64,000 nucleotides of DNA, from NCBI RefSeq assembly GCF_009914755.1, contig NC_060929.1, one strand, 5' to 3'. The stretch is from the human T2T-CHM13v2.0 reference genome, Homo sapiens. Shown one piece after another: positions 11,272 to 23,935 of the stretch. Made by a program: the position numbers and the translations under genes. The number at the start of each line of letters is the position of its first letter. Within the stretch, counting starts at the first letter, position 1. A model generated the notes under the pieces. It did no database searches. It saw only the letters and a list, made by a program, of their open reading frames with translations, and was not told the origin of the DNA.

Positions 11272-14200
11272 TATATATATACTGTGTATATATATACTGT
11301 GTATACATATATACTGTGTATATATATACTGTGTATACATATATACTGTGTATATATATACTGTGTATACATATATACTGTGTATACATATATACTGTGT
11401 ATACATACTCTGTATACAGATATACTGTGTATACATAAATACTGTGTATACATATATACTGTGTATATATGTATACAGTGTATACATATATACTGTGTAT
11501 ATATGTATACAGTGTATACATATATACTGTGTATATATGTATACAGTGTATACATATATACTGTGTATATATGTATACAGTGTATACATATATACTGTGT
11601 ATATATGTATACACTGTATACATATATACTGTGTATATACATATATACTGTGTATACATAAATACTGCGCATACATATATACTGTGTATACATATATAGT
11701 GTGTATACATACATACTGTGTATACACATATACTTGTATATATATACACAGTGTATATATACACAGTGTATATATATACTGTATGCACATACTGTGTACA
11801 TATATACTGTGTGTATATATATACTGTGTACATATATACTGTGTGTATATATATACTGTGTACATATATACTGTGTGTATATATATACTGTGTACATATA
11901 TACTGTGTGTATATATATACTGTGTGTATATATATACTGTGTGTATATATATACTGTGTGTATATATACTGTGTGTATATATATACTGTGTGTATATATA
12001 TACTGTGTGTATATATACTGTGTGTATATATACTGTGTATATATATACTGTGTGTATATATACTGTGTGTATATATATACTGGGTGTATATATACTGTGT
12101 GTATATATATACTGGGTGTATATATACTGTGTGTATATATATACTGGGTGTATATATACTGTGTGTATATATACTGGGTGTATATATACTGTGTGTATAT
12201 ATATACTGGGTGTATATATACTGTGTGTATATATATACTGGGTGTATATATACTGTGTGTATATATATACTGGGTGTATATATACTGTGTGTATATATAC
12301 TGGGTGTATATATATACTGGGTATATATATACTGTGGGTATATATATACTGGGTATATATATACTGTGGGTGTATATATACTCTGTGCGTATATATAATC
12401 TGTGCGTATATATACTGCGTGTATATATACTGTGTGCGTATATATACTGTGCGTATATATATACTGTGCGTATATATGTGTGTATATATATACTGTGCGT
12501 ATATATACTGTATGTATATATACTGTCTGTATATATACAGTGTGTATATATATACTGTGTGTATATATATACTGTGTGTATATATACTGTGTGTATATAT
12601 ATACTGTGTGTATACATACTGTGTGTATATATATACAGTGTGTATACATACTGTGTGTATATATACTGTGTGTATACATACTGCGTGTATATATATACTG
12701 TGTGTATACATACTGTGTATATATATACTATGTGTGTATACATGCTGTGTGTATATATATGTGTATATACATACTGTGTGTATATATATACCGTGTATAT
12801 GCATACTGTGTGTATATATATACCGTATATATGCATACTGTGTGTATACTGTGTATATACATACTGTGTATATATACTGTGTATATACATACTGTGTATA
12901 TATACTGTGTATATACATACTATGTGTGTATATATACTGTGTATATACATACTGTGTGTATATACTGTGTGTATATACACTGTGTGTATATAAATACTGT
13001 GTGTATATACACTGTGTATATATATACTGTGTGCATATATACTGTGTATGCATATATACTGTGTATACATATATACTGTGTATATATATACTGACTATAC
13101 ATATATACTGTGAATATACTGTGTATACATATATAAAGTGAATATAGATACTGTGTATAAATATATACCATGTATACATATATGCGGTGTATATATATAC
13201 CATGTATATATATACTGTGTGTATATATGTACCGTGTATATATATACCGTGTGTATATATACCGTGTGTACATATACCGTATATATATATACCGTGTGTA
13301 AATATACCGTGTATATATATATACCGTGTGTATATATACCGTGTATATATATATATACCGTGTGTATACATACCGTGTATACATATATACTGTGTGTATA
13401 TATACCGTGTATATATATATACTGTGTGTATATATACCGTATATATATATATACTGTGTGTATATAAACCGTGTATATATATATACTGTGTGTATATATA
13501 CCGCGTATATATATACTGTGTGTATATATACCGTGTATATATATATACTGTGTGTATATATACCGTATATATATATACTGTGTGTATATATACCGTATAT
13601 ATATATACTGTGTGTATATATACCGTATATATATACTGTGTGTGTATATATACCTGTATATATACTATGTGTGTATATATACCTGTATATATACTGTGTG
13701 TGTATATATACCGTGTTTATATAGTGTGTGTATATATAATGTGTATATATATACTGTGTGTATATATATACTGTGTATATACTGTGTATATGTATACTGC
13801 GCGTATATATATATACTGTGTATATATATACTGCGTGTATATATATTCTGTGTGTATACATACTGCGTGTATATATATACTGTGTGTGTATATATAAATT
13901 GTGTGTGTATATATATACTGTGTGTGTATATATACACTGTGTGTCTATGTACTGTGTATATATACACTGTGTGTCTATGTACTATGTATATATACACTGT
14001 GTGTCTATGTACTGTGTATATATACACTGTGTGTCTATGTAATGTGTATATATACACTGTGTGTCTATGTACTGTGTATATATACACTGTGTGTCTATGT
14101 ACTGTGTATATATACACTGTGTGTATACGTATAATGTGTATATATATACTGTGTGTATATGTATAATGTGTATATATATACGCTGTGTATATATATACTG

Positions 14201-16137
14201 TGTGTATATATATATATGCTGTGTATATATATACTGTGTGTATATATACTGTGTATTACATAGTGTGTGAATATATAGTGTGTATATACATACTGTGTAT
14301 ATATAGTCTGTATATACATACTGTGTATATATATATACTGTGTATGTACATATTGTGTATATATATACTGTGTATGTACATACTGTGTATATATATACTG
14401 TGTATGTATATACTGTGTGTATATATATACTGTGTGTATATACACTGTGTATATATACTGTGTGTATACACTGTGTGTATATATATACTGTGTATACATA
14501 TATACTGAGTATACATATATACTGTGAATATATATACTGTGTATACATATATACCGTATATATACCGTGTATATATATACTGTGTATATATGTACCGTGT
14601 ATATATATACTGTGTATATATGTACCGTGTATATACATACTGTGTATTTATATGTACCGTGTATATACATACTGTGTATATATATGTACCCTGTATATAT
14701 ATACTGTGTGTATATATACCGTGTATATATATACACTGTGTGTATATATACCGTGTATATATATACACTGTGTGTATATATACCTTGTATATATATATAC
14801 TGTGCGTATATATATGCTGTGTATGCATGTACTGTGCGTGTATACAGATGCTGTGTATGCATGTACTGTGCGTGTATACAGATGCTGTGTATGCATGTAC
14901 TGTGCGTGTATACAGATGCTGTGTATGCATGTACTGTGCGTGTATACAGATGCTGTGTATGCATGTACTGTGCGTGTATACAGATGCTGTGTATGCATGT
15001 ACTGTGCGTGTATACAGATGCTGTGTATGCATGTACTGTGCGTGTATACAGATGCTGTGTATGCATGTACTGTGCGTGTATACAGATGCTGTGTATGCAT
15101 GTACTGTGCGTGTATACAGATGCTGTGTATGCATGTACTGTGCGTGTATACAGATGCTGTGTATGCATGTACTGTGCGTGTATACAGATGCTGTGTATGC
15201 ATGTACTGTGCGTGTATACAGATGCTGTGTATGCATGTACTGTGCGTGTATACAGATGCTGTGTATGCATGTACTGTGCGTGTATACAGATGCTGTGTAT
15301 GCATGTACTGTGCGTGTATACAGATGCTGTGTATGCATGTACTGTGCGTGTATACAGATGCTGTGTATGCATGTACTGTGCGTGTATACAGATGCTGTGT
15401 ATGCATGTACTGTGCGTGTATACAGATGCTGTGTATGCATGTACTGTGCGTGTATACAGATGCTGTGTATGCATGTACTGTGCGTGTATACAGATGCTGT
15501 GTATATATGTACTGCGTGTATACAGATGCTGTGTGTATATACACTGTCTGTATATATGTACTATGTGTATATACACTGTCTGTATATATGTACTGTGTGT
15601 ATATACACTGTCTGTATATACTGTGTGTATATACACTGTCTCTATATACTGTGTGTACATACACTGTCTCTATACACACTGTGTGTATATACACTGTCTC
15701 TATACACACTGTGTGTATATACACTGTCTCTATACACTGTATATATACACTGTGTGTATATATATACCGTGTATATATATATATACTCTGTGTATATATA
15801 TACCGTGTATATATATATATACTCTGTGTATATATATACCGTGTATATATATATACTCTGTGTTTATATATACCGTGTACATATACTCTGTGTATATACA
15901 TACTGTGTACATATATATTGTGTATATATATACTGTGTATATGTATCACTGTGTATATATATACTGTGTATATGTATCACTGTGTATATATATACTGTGT
16001 ATATGTATCACTGTGTATATATATACTGTGTATATGTATCACTGTGTATATATATACTGTGTATATGTATTACTGTGTATATATATACTGTGTGTATATA
16101 TACTGTGTATATATATATTGTGTGTATATATATACAG
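11272..16137. repeat. Compound TA/TG minisatellite (VNTR), core TATATATACTGTG with locally fixed variants
   Basis: Continuous ~13-17-bp core units; higher-order units of 34 bp (~11460-11620), 30 bp (~13921-14120), 34 bp (14816-15495) and 31 bp (~15945-16090). Confidence 0.98.
14816..15495. repeat. 20 tandem copies of 34-bp unit GCTGTGTATGCATGTACTGTGCGTGTATACAGAT
   Basis: 680 bp / 34 = 20; ORF translations repeat an identical 34-aa block (three units). Confidence 0.97.
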
Positions 16138-17469
16138 TATATATAAATATATATATATATTTATATATGATATATAATATATATAAGTATATATATATTT
16201 ATATATGATATATATAAGTATATAAATATATATATTTATATATGATATGTATAACATATAAGTATTTAAATATATATATTTATATATGATATATATAATA
16301 TATATGTGTAAAAATATATAAATATATATTTATATTTATATAATATATACTTATATTTATAAATATATAAATATAAATATAAATATAAATTATATTATAT
16401 ATATTTATATAAATATTTATATATTTATATAAATATATAAAATATTTATATAAATATTTTATATATTAAATATATATATTTACATATTAAATATATAAAC
16501 ATATAAATATAGAAATATATATTAAATATATAAACATATATAAATATATAAATATATATTAAATATATAATCATATATAAATATATAAATATATATATTA
16601 AATATATAAACATATATATATAATATAAATATATAAATATATAAATATATATTTATATAAATATGTAAACATATAAAATATTTAAATATGTAAACACATA
16701 AAATATTTATTTGAATATATAAACACGTAAAATATTTATATAAATATATAAATATATAAAATATTTATATAAATATTCATATATATTTAATATATATTCA
16801 TATATTATATGTTTAATGTATATATATTGATATATTAAATATATAATATATATTGAGTATATACACATATATTTAATATAAATATATATATTTAATATAT
16901 ATTTATATATTTAATACATAAATATATATTTATATATTTAATACATAAATATATATTTATATAAATCTATAAATCTATAAATATATATTTATATAAATCT
17001 ATAAGTATATAAATCTAGATTTATATAAATCTATAGATTTATATAAATATATAAATCTATATTTATATAAATATATTAATCTAGATTTATATAAATATAT
17101 TAATCTAGATTTATGTAAATATATAAATCTAGATTTATAGAAATATATAAATCTAGATTTATAGAAATATATAAATCTAGATTTATAGAAATATATAAAT
17201 GTTGTTTTATATATTTATATATTTATATAAATCTATATTTCTATATAGTTATATATAGAAATACATAGAAATATATATTTCTATGTATTTCTATATGTAA
17301 ATATATATAAATATATATATTTCTATATATTTCTATATATAGAAATATATATCTACATATTTCTATATATATAATTATATATAAATATGTAGATGTATGT
17401 TTCTATATATATATAAATATATAGATATATATTCATATAAATATATAAATACATATTTTTATATATTTA
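16138..17469. repeat. Extremely AT-rich low-complexity/palindromic tract
   Basis: Nearly all A/T; 24-bp units AAATCTAGATTTATAGAAATATAT (~17030-17200); perfect 44-bp palindrome 17253-17296. Confidence 0.95.
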
Positions 17470-18834
17470 GAACAATGTCTGGCTTGCAGAAAACATTATC
17501 CTTACCACCACCAACATCATCATTACCATCTTCTTCTTTGTCACTATCAATATTTCAGGCTTAAAGTACTAATAAATATAAAGGCTGGAAGTTCTCTACA
17601 TATTGGAAGGAGCTCCAGGATGTCAATGGACAATTTACCATTCTGGTCTTCTTTGTTCTCAAATTCAGTCATTGGTCATATGCACTCCTCTATTGAATTT
17701 ATTGCCTCCTTACAGTTAGAGACTTTAACTCCTTAATGCTATTTTTTTTTCTTCTAGCAGTCTAGGAAAATCCAATTCCTAGCCCATCCATTTTTTACGT
17801 TTCTGTAGGTATAATTTCTCTTACAATAAAAGGACAAATCAAACTCCACTTTTAGAAACATCTTAGAAATACAATGTGGCCTCTTAGTAACCAGGTAACT
17901 CAAAATGTGACATGCTGCTTAAACTCTCATCCAAACTGTTTTCTTGTATGAACAATTGAATCAATTACTGTTTTCACCTCAAATGTATTTCAGCCTCCAT
18001 TTTTTTCCGTTTCTTCTACACACACTTTACTGTTTTCATTTGCATTCCAAATGTTTTCCTTGAACTTTTTGTGGTTTTATTTCTGTCATCATCTCCCACT
18101 GTCTCCAATTCTTCCTAATTTCTTTGGACACTTAGGGCCAACTGTTTTCCTACTTCTTTGCTCGGGCTCCCCATCTCTCTCCTCAACTTTCTCTCTCCCC
18201 TCATGCTGTCTCCCCCTCTGTTCTTTCCTGCTCCATATGCTGCCTGCCTCTCACTTCCCCTTTAGCTATAGACAGTCTAAAGCTGCTTATCAGCCTTCTT
18301 CTTGTCGGCGCACAGTTGTTTGCCTGAATAGAGTTCAAGCAACTTCAACCCTTCTTTTTCCACCAGTGTCTCATGACTTTTACCCCCATGCTCTGCTGCT
18401 TACCCCTCCCTCCCCTGCAAGGCTTCAATCTCTGCAGAACTCTCACTTTTTCTCTATTTCCATTTCTTCATCTCTGTCCCTTCTCTGGGAGTTTCCAATA
18501 TCTCTCACTACCTAAAGTCTGCAGCAGAATCCTCTCTGCTAGGCTTATAATGTAATTAATTTCCTCATAGCTTACTATGTGAGTATAATACTTCTTAGAA
18601 TGTGTGCCCCTTGAGTACAGAAGCCTAAAGTCAAGTCTTAACTATGCAAATATTCAGGGCTGATGTCAAGAGCTAAGAAGGTACATGATGTAGTAGTGAA
18701 TTGCGCATGGATCTTAAAGCCAGTACTTAAGAATAACTCTACCACTAAGTCTTCATTTGAATAAAATGATTTATTTAACCTCTCTGGATCTGTGTCATTT
18801 CTGAAATATGATAGTCAAATTGTGGTCTCTTGTT

Positions 18835-19365
18835 CTAATCATCTTTGCTGAATAACAAATTTCCCTAAATTTAGTAGCACAAAGACACAATCATTTTATT
18901 ATTTTCATGAGTTTTGTGGATTGAGAATTTGGAGAGGACACCGTGGCTCAGCTCTTCTCCATTCCATGATGTCTGGGGCTTGTACAAGGAGACTCAAACA
19001 GCTGTAGCTAGAATAACATGGGCTGGAAGATCCACTTTCAAGACAACTTCTTCATACACATATCTGGTAGCCTCTCCAGGTGGCCTGGACATCCTAAGTG
19101 CATGGTGGCCTCAGATAGTTGGACTTTGTACACAGGACTGAGAACTCCAAAATGTGATGATCCTGTTTGACAGGACAGAAAGAACACGGCATTCTATAAC
19201 CTTGGAAAGCATATAGTATGCCCTCCACTCTACTGGTTAAAGCATTTACAAGTTCAGTCAGATTCAAGGGAGAAGAATTTGACTTCACTTTCCGATCAGG
19301 TTCCTGACATCGTAGGAAAGCACGAAGGATGGGAGTTATCGTGGTGGCCATCTGGAAAATTCAAC
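18835..19365 (-). mobile_element. MaLR solo LTR (MLT1H/I/J-like)
   Basis: 'taacaaatttccctaaatttagtagc...gggctggaagatccactttcaaga...tcagtcagattcaagggag'. Confidence 0.7.
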
Positions 19366-21329
19366 ACATCCCTGCTTTCCCTTCTAGCTCTAAAAATCTG
19401 ATTCTATGCCTTACTTAGATTCCCAGTAGATATTCAATTAAAACATCTCCTCTGCTCTCCAGAAGGCAATTTGAGAAACACAGGATGTGGGCTTTTTATA
19501 CATGTAACACAGTAAGAGGATAACATGAAACTATTCTTGTTCAAGCATTGAGGTATGTGTCACACATTGAAATCTTGTAAACATAATGTGAATTCAAACA
19601 AAGAAGGTGTCATCAAAGGTCCCATTAGTCAAAGAGAGTCCATAGACTCAGAAAATTTACTGACCCTTAATTGTTCACATTATTTTATTTAATCTTATAT
19701 TAATCCTGAGCAGTAAATATCACATTCATTTTTTTTTTTTTTTTTTGAAGATCAGGAAGCTGAGCCTCAGAGTTTTAAAAAATTGGCCCCAGGTCCATGG
19801 TTAGTCTTATAGGTTTTGTTGCCACATTAGAGGTTGTAGCACAAGATTGAACTGTTTGGAGATGGGTTCTCTGTGTGGAATTTGCCATAACTAAGAACAA
19901 CAAACGGCCCATTCTTAGCTTGGGAGACAATATGAAAGAAAGGCAAGAAGTAGCAGGGAGCAGGATAAATGAGGTGGGAGCAGTGGGCTAAGGAGGGACA
20001 TTGCCTGGGCTACTCAAAGAGCAGAGTATTGGGTTGCAGCAAATCATGAGTTCTGTCTCGTGCAGCAATATCCACATATAACAACACATGAGGTTACTCT
20101 ATTATCAATCAGAGAAAAAGGAGATTTGCAAACCTAGGCATTTGCCAGTCTCCACAATGGCCCCCAAAGACAGACTATCCTGCCTAATCTTCTAATCTTC
20201 TTGTTAATCACTTGTGGTAATGGGGTATAAAGACCTGGTTCTTGCCCATTACCATGCAAATTACTATTGTTGTACAGCATTTCATATTTCCAAAATATTT
20301 GACAATAATTTAGCAGCTACTACTCTTCATCTGGAAAGAGAGAGTAGGTAATAATCAGATAGTTTTCATTTGTCAGATGAAGACATTTGGCATTAAATCA
20401 AAGACAGGTATGAAAATTATAATTTCAAATTCTTCATTAAATCCCAGAAGCCACACACCCTCCACTACCACTTCATTTTTAAAATGATTTAAAAATCTTG
20501 AACGTTCATGAGATTATTTAAAATTTATAACACCTGCATTTCTGCCTTTAGTTTTAATTCTCTTATACTTTTTATGTTAAAGGATCCAAAGGGTACTGGG
20601 GTAGAAGAGAAAAGAACTAAACCAAAAACACAAGTCCATTCTCCCTTTATCGTTCACCTTCATTCTGCACATATTGTTTGACTGTGGACTGTGATGAGGG
20701 CCCTAAGTCTTTAGAGGACAAACAACCTAAGGGGAAGAGGGGGCAGGGCAGTACCAGAGCCTGTACAATGTTTAAATTACATGCAGACTCTGCTATTTAA
20801 CTAAGAAAGATTCCACTGCCCATAGACTGAGGCACAAGCAGCTTGAGCTGGAAACAGAAAGGGCCCCCTAAGAGAGCAGAAGTCCCTGGAAGAAGTCAGA
20901 TGCTTGACTCTCTGTTGCCAGCATAGGCTCCAAAATGTTCTGCCCCATCAACAGGTCAAACCCAGTCCTGAATGTGGCCCTACAGTAGCAGCTCTGTATG
21001 TGATTTCTGATGGTAGAACTAGGGTTGTAGGACCCTCTGACTGTGACACATGTCATGCCTCTGGGTTGACCTGTCTGACTGAGCTGGTGTTCTCTCTTTC
21101 TCCTCTATATGATATGCATGTAACTTCCTAGGTGTAAGAGGAACACATTTCAGCCCATAATATATAGGTTACCATTTGCCTGCTACAGTCATTGATCACG
21201 TGGACTAAAAGGCAGCACCTTATTGCCCCTTAGTTCTGTGGAGAATGACTCAGCCCAGCTAAAGAGATTCTGGCCTCAGCTATAGAACTTCACTGTTGTG
21301 GCCGTAACAACCAAAGACAAGAACAACGA

Positions 21330-21550
21330 ACTTTTATCAAGCACATACTAAGTTCTAGTCACTCTGCTGAGTTTCATATACTTATCTCACTGAATCCTCA
21401 CAAAAAAAAAAACTCTCACATGTAACTACTAATTTTATTCTTATTTTACTGATGAGAAAAAGCAAGGCTCTTAAGAGATGTAGAATGTCACTACTGGGTG
21501 ACAGAGTGGTATTTCAAACGAGGCATCTTAAAACCATGTTCTTAACCATA
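21330..21550 (-). mobile_element. MIR SINE
   Basis: 'ttatctcactgaatcctcaca...attttactgatgagaaaagcaaggctc...gagtggtatttcaaac'. Confidence 0.7.
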
Positions 21551-22410
21551 TGCCAGTCTGATTTGCAGACTATGAGACTCTATAATCCTCTGCTCAGACA
21601 AGGGATGGCTGATCCAGAAAAAACAGCAGTGAGTGAGATGCTATGAAGAAGTCAAAGGCATAATACAAATGATCCCTGTTCTCTAAGCTAAGGTATCACC
21701 AAAATAAGATATCTATATAAACTGCAATAAATAACAGCACAAGATATAATATCATCAAACAGTACAACAGATCCTCAACATCCCAGACAGATACAAGATA
21801 TTTCCAAGAAAAAATTTGAGGAAATTCATAAATTTTCTAAAAGCATGCAATTTTTCTCAGAAATTGTAGCTATGCATAGCTTCATAGATGGAATTGCCTC
21901 ATACCTGATCAGAGTACAGACAAACTGAGCAGCAGATGGAGCTTGCTCAATCACTGAGTGACTCACACTACTCATAGCTTCCTAAAGATTGAAATTCATA
22001 CCTCAGCACAGTTAACAATCCACACTGGGCCATGGGACAATCTCAGATTTTAGTTAGTCCTATGAATCCTATGAATAATAATACAGGAATTCCAAGGTTT
22101 AGCAAGCAAATTTATAGCCAAAATGAGAGGGGCAAGTAATATGTGAAAGGAGCTCAGAGATGAGACTTCACCAAGTCCTCTTCTGTATGACTTGCCTGCT
22201 TTCTCTTACCTGCTGATAAGATTTACACATCTGCCTGTAAGGCTGAATTAAGCCCCTACGGACTCTTTTTGCCTTCCTTTCAGGCTTCAGGGCTTTTCAT
22301 CAAAGGGGTGTTGGGCTCCAAGAAACCACACACAGAGCATTTTATACCTTTTACCAAGGCTGGGCAGAGGGAGATCAGTTACTGTTAATTACAGATGCTT
22401 TCTGTCATAA

Positions 22411-22550
22411 TGGGCCAGATTTTCAAAAGAGTCTCAACTGCAAAGCTCCCAAATGCCATGCACAAACCTGGTAATGGCCCATGCAAATTGAATACTTAGT
22501 GGGTCTGTGTGCATTCTGTTCCAGGGACTGCCTTTGAAAATTTAGCCCCA
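22411..22550. mobile_element. 140-bp ancient MITE with terminal inverted repeats (PIF/Harbinger-like)
   Basis: Left tgggccagattttcaaaag (22411-22429), right cctttgaaaatttagcccca (22531-22550), TAA on both flanks (22408-22410, 22551-22553). Confidence 0.6.
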
Positions 22551-23754
22551 TAACTCCAAAGCATTTGTAGCATCGTAATCTGTCATCATTAGCAACAATG
22601 CTTGACTCAGTGCTCAACATTCTTATTAAGCATGCAATTATGAATGCAGACAATGTTTAATCACTTTTACAAAAATACAGCTGTGTTGTTGGGGAGCTGT
22701 CATTTACTGCTCATTAATGATTGATTTTTTTAACCGTCTAAATTGTTTTCATGAGAACAGCAGATTAACTATAAAGAATTCATTATTGGTCATTAAGGAA
22801 TATTAAAATGGAAAACCTTTACAAGATGTGTCCTGTCTTGCTATGTTCAGATGGGGCTGAAGCACTCTTGCCAATATGGGAGAGAAAACAAAAAAATCTT
22901 TCTGCCAGACCTCTGGCAAGGAGATAAAGCTGAGGAAAGGTGGGGTGAAAAGAGAAATCAAGAAAAAGATCTCTTTTTGTTGAAATAAAACATTGATTAC
23001 ATTTTACAATGGCAATAATGTACCCCAAATAATTACTTCAGCTATTGTCCAGCTTGTTTAAGCACTGACTGAGCTGTGGGTACCAATCGATTCAGTGCAG
23101 ATTGTTAATAATGGACTATTTTGAAAACTTATAGCTGTTTCTCCATACCTCCCATACACAGGAAGACACTAATTTCTTTCCTACACTGCACACCTAATTA
23201 AAGATGAGTCAGGGCATTATTTTATGGCCAAGCTTTTTATACCCTGGATACAGAGAGCTGGGTTCTGTTCTATCAAATGTCTCCTGGAAATATTGTGATA
23301 AAATGCACTTATCCACAGCTACCTACAAAGATAATAAGTTGTAAAACCTGTTAAGACATTAGAAAGATCAGACTGCTCAATGTCATGCCCTCCCTGGATT
23401 TCCAGTTTGGATGCTCCCTGCACCCACGCCTGGGGCTCTTCATTTCCTCAGTTGCTCAGTAGTTTCCAGAATCCAGTCATGAGGAAGAAGTTTTTTCAAC
23501 TACAGCTCTTTATTCTTCTGTTCTGGTACGCCCTTACTCCTGGTCTTCTCTGAAATGTCTGTCATAGTTCTTTTCAATAACATTTTGGATGTTTTTCTGA
23601 CAACAACTGTAATATGTATCTTTTTTTGGAAAATATAGAAAAGCACATAAAAAAATGTAAAGCCATCTGTGGTCCTATACCTGGAAATAACCAGATATAA
23701 TCACTGCTAATATTTTATATTTGCTTCCAGTATTTCTCCTATGAGCATGTTTAT

Positions 23755-23935
23755 AGTTGTATGACCTTGGATGAGTTACTCATCTTCCTGGTGTTCAATT
23801 TTCCTTTTCTGTAAAATAGGGAAATAGTAGTTCCTATTTCATATGGTGATTATGAAGATTAAATAAGTTAAAATTTGGAAGGCACTTAGAGAAGTGTCCA
23901 ACATAAATTAAGAGCTATGTACATTCTAGCTATCA
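23755..23935 (+). mobile_element. MIR SINE (within diverged L1M-like fragments ~23560-24830)
   Basis: 'tgtatgaccttggatgagttactc...tctgtaaaatagggaaatagtag...gaagattaaataag'. Confidence 0.75.

Noticed and set aside
14816-15495. 34-bp direct repeats of CRISPR-like length
   Set aside because: Head-to-tail with no unique spacers, no cas genes, and a mammalian context.
11140-16257. Many long ORFs (up to 743 aa) rich in Y/I/T/H/V/C on both strands
   Set aside because: They arise because the repeat units rarely contain stop codons; they occur in all six frames with periodic translations and no domain. No evidence for coding or RAN translation.
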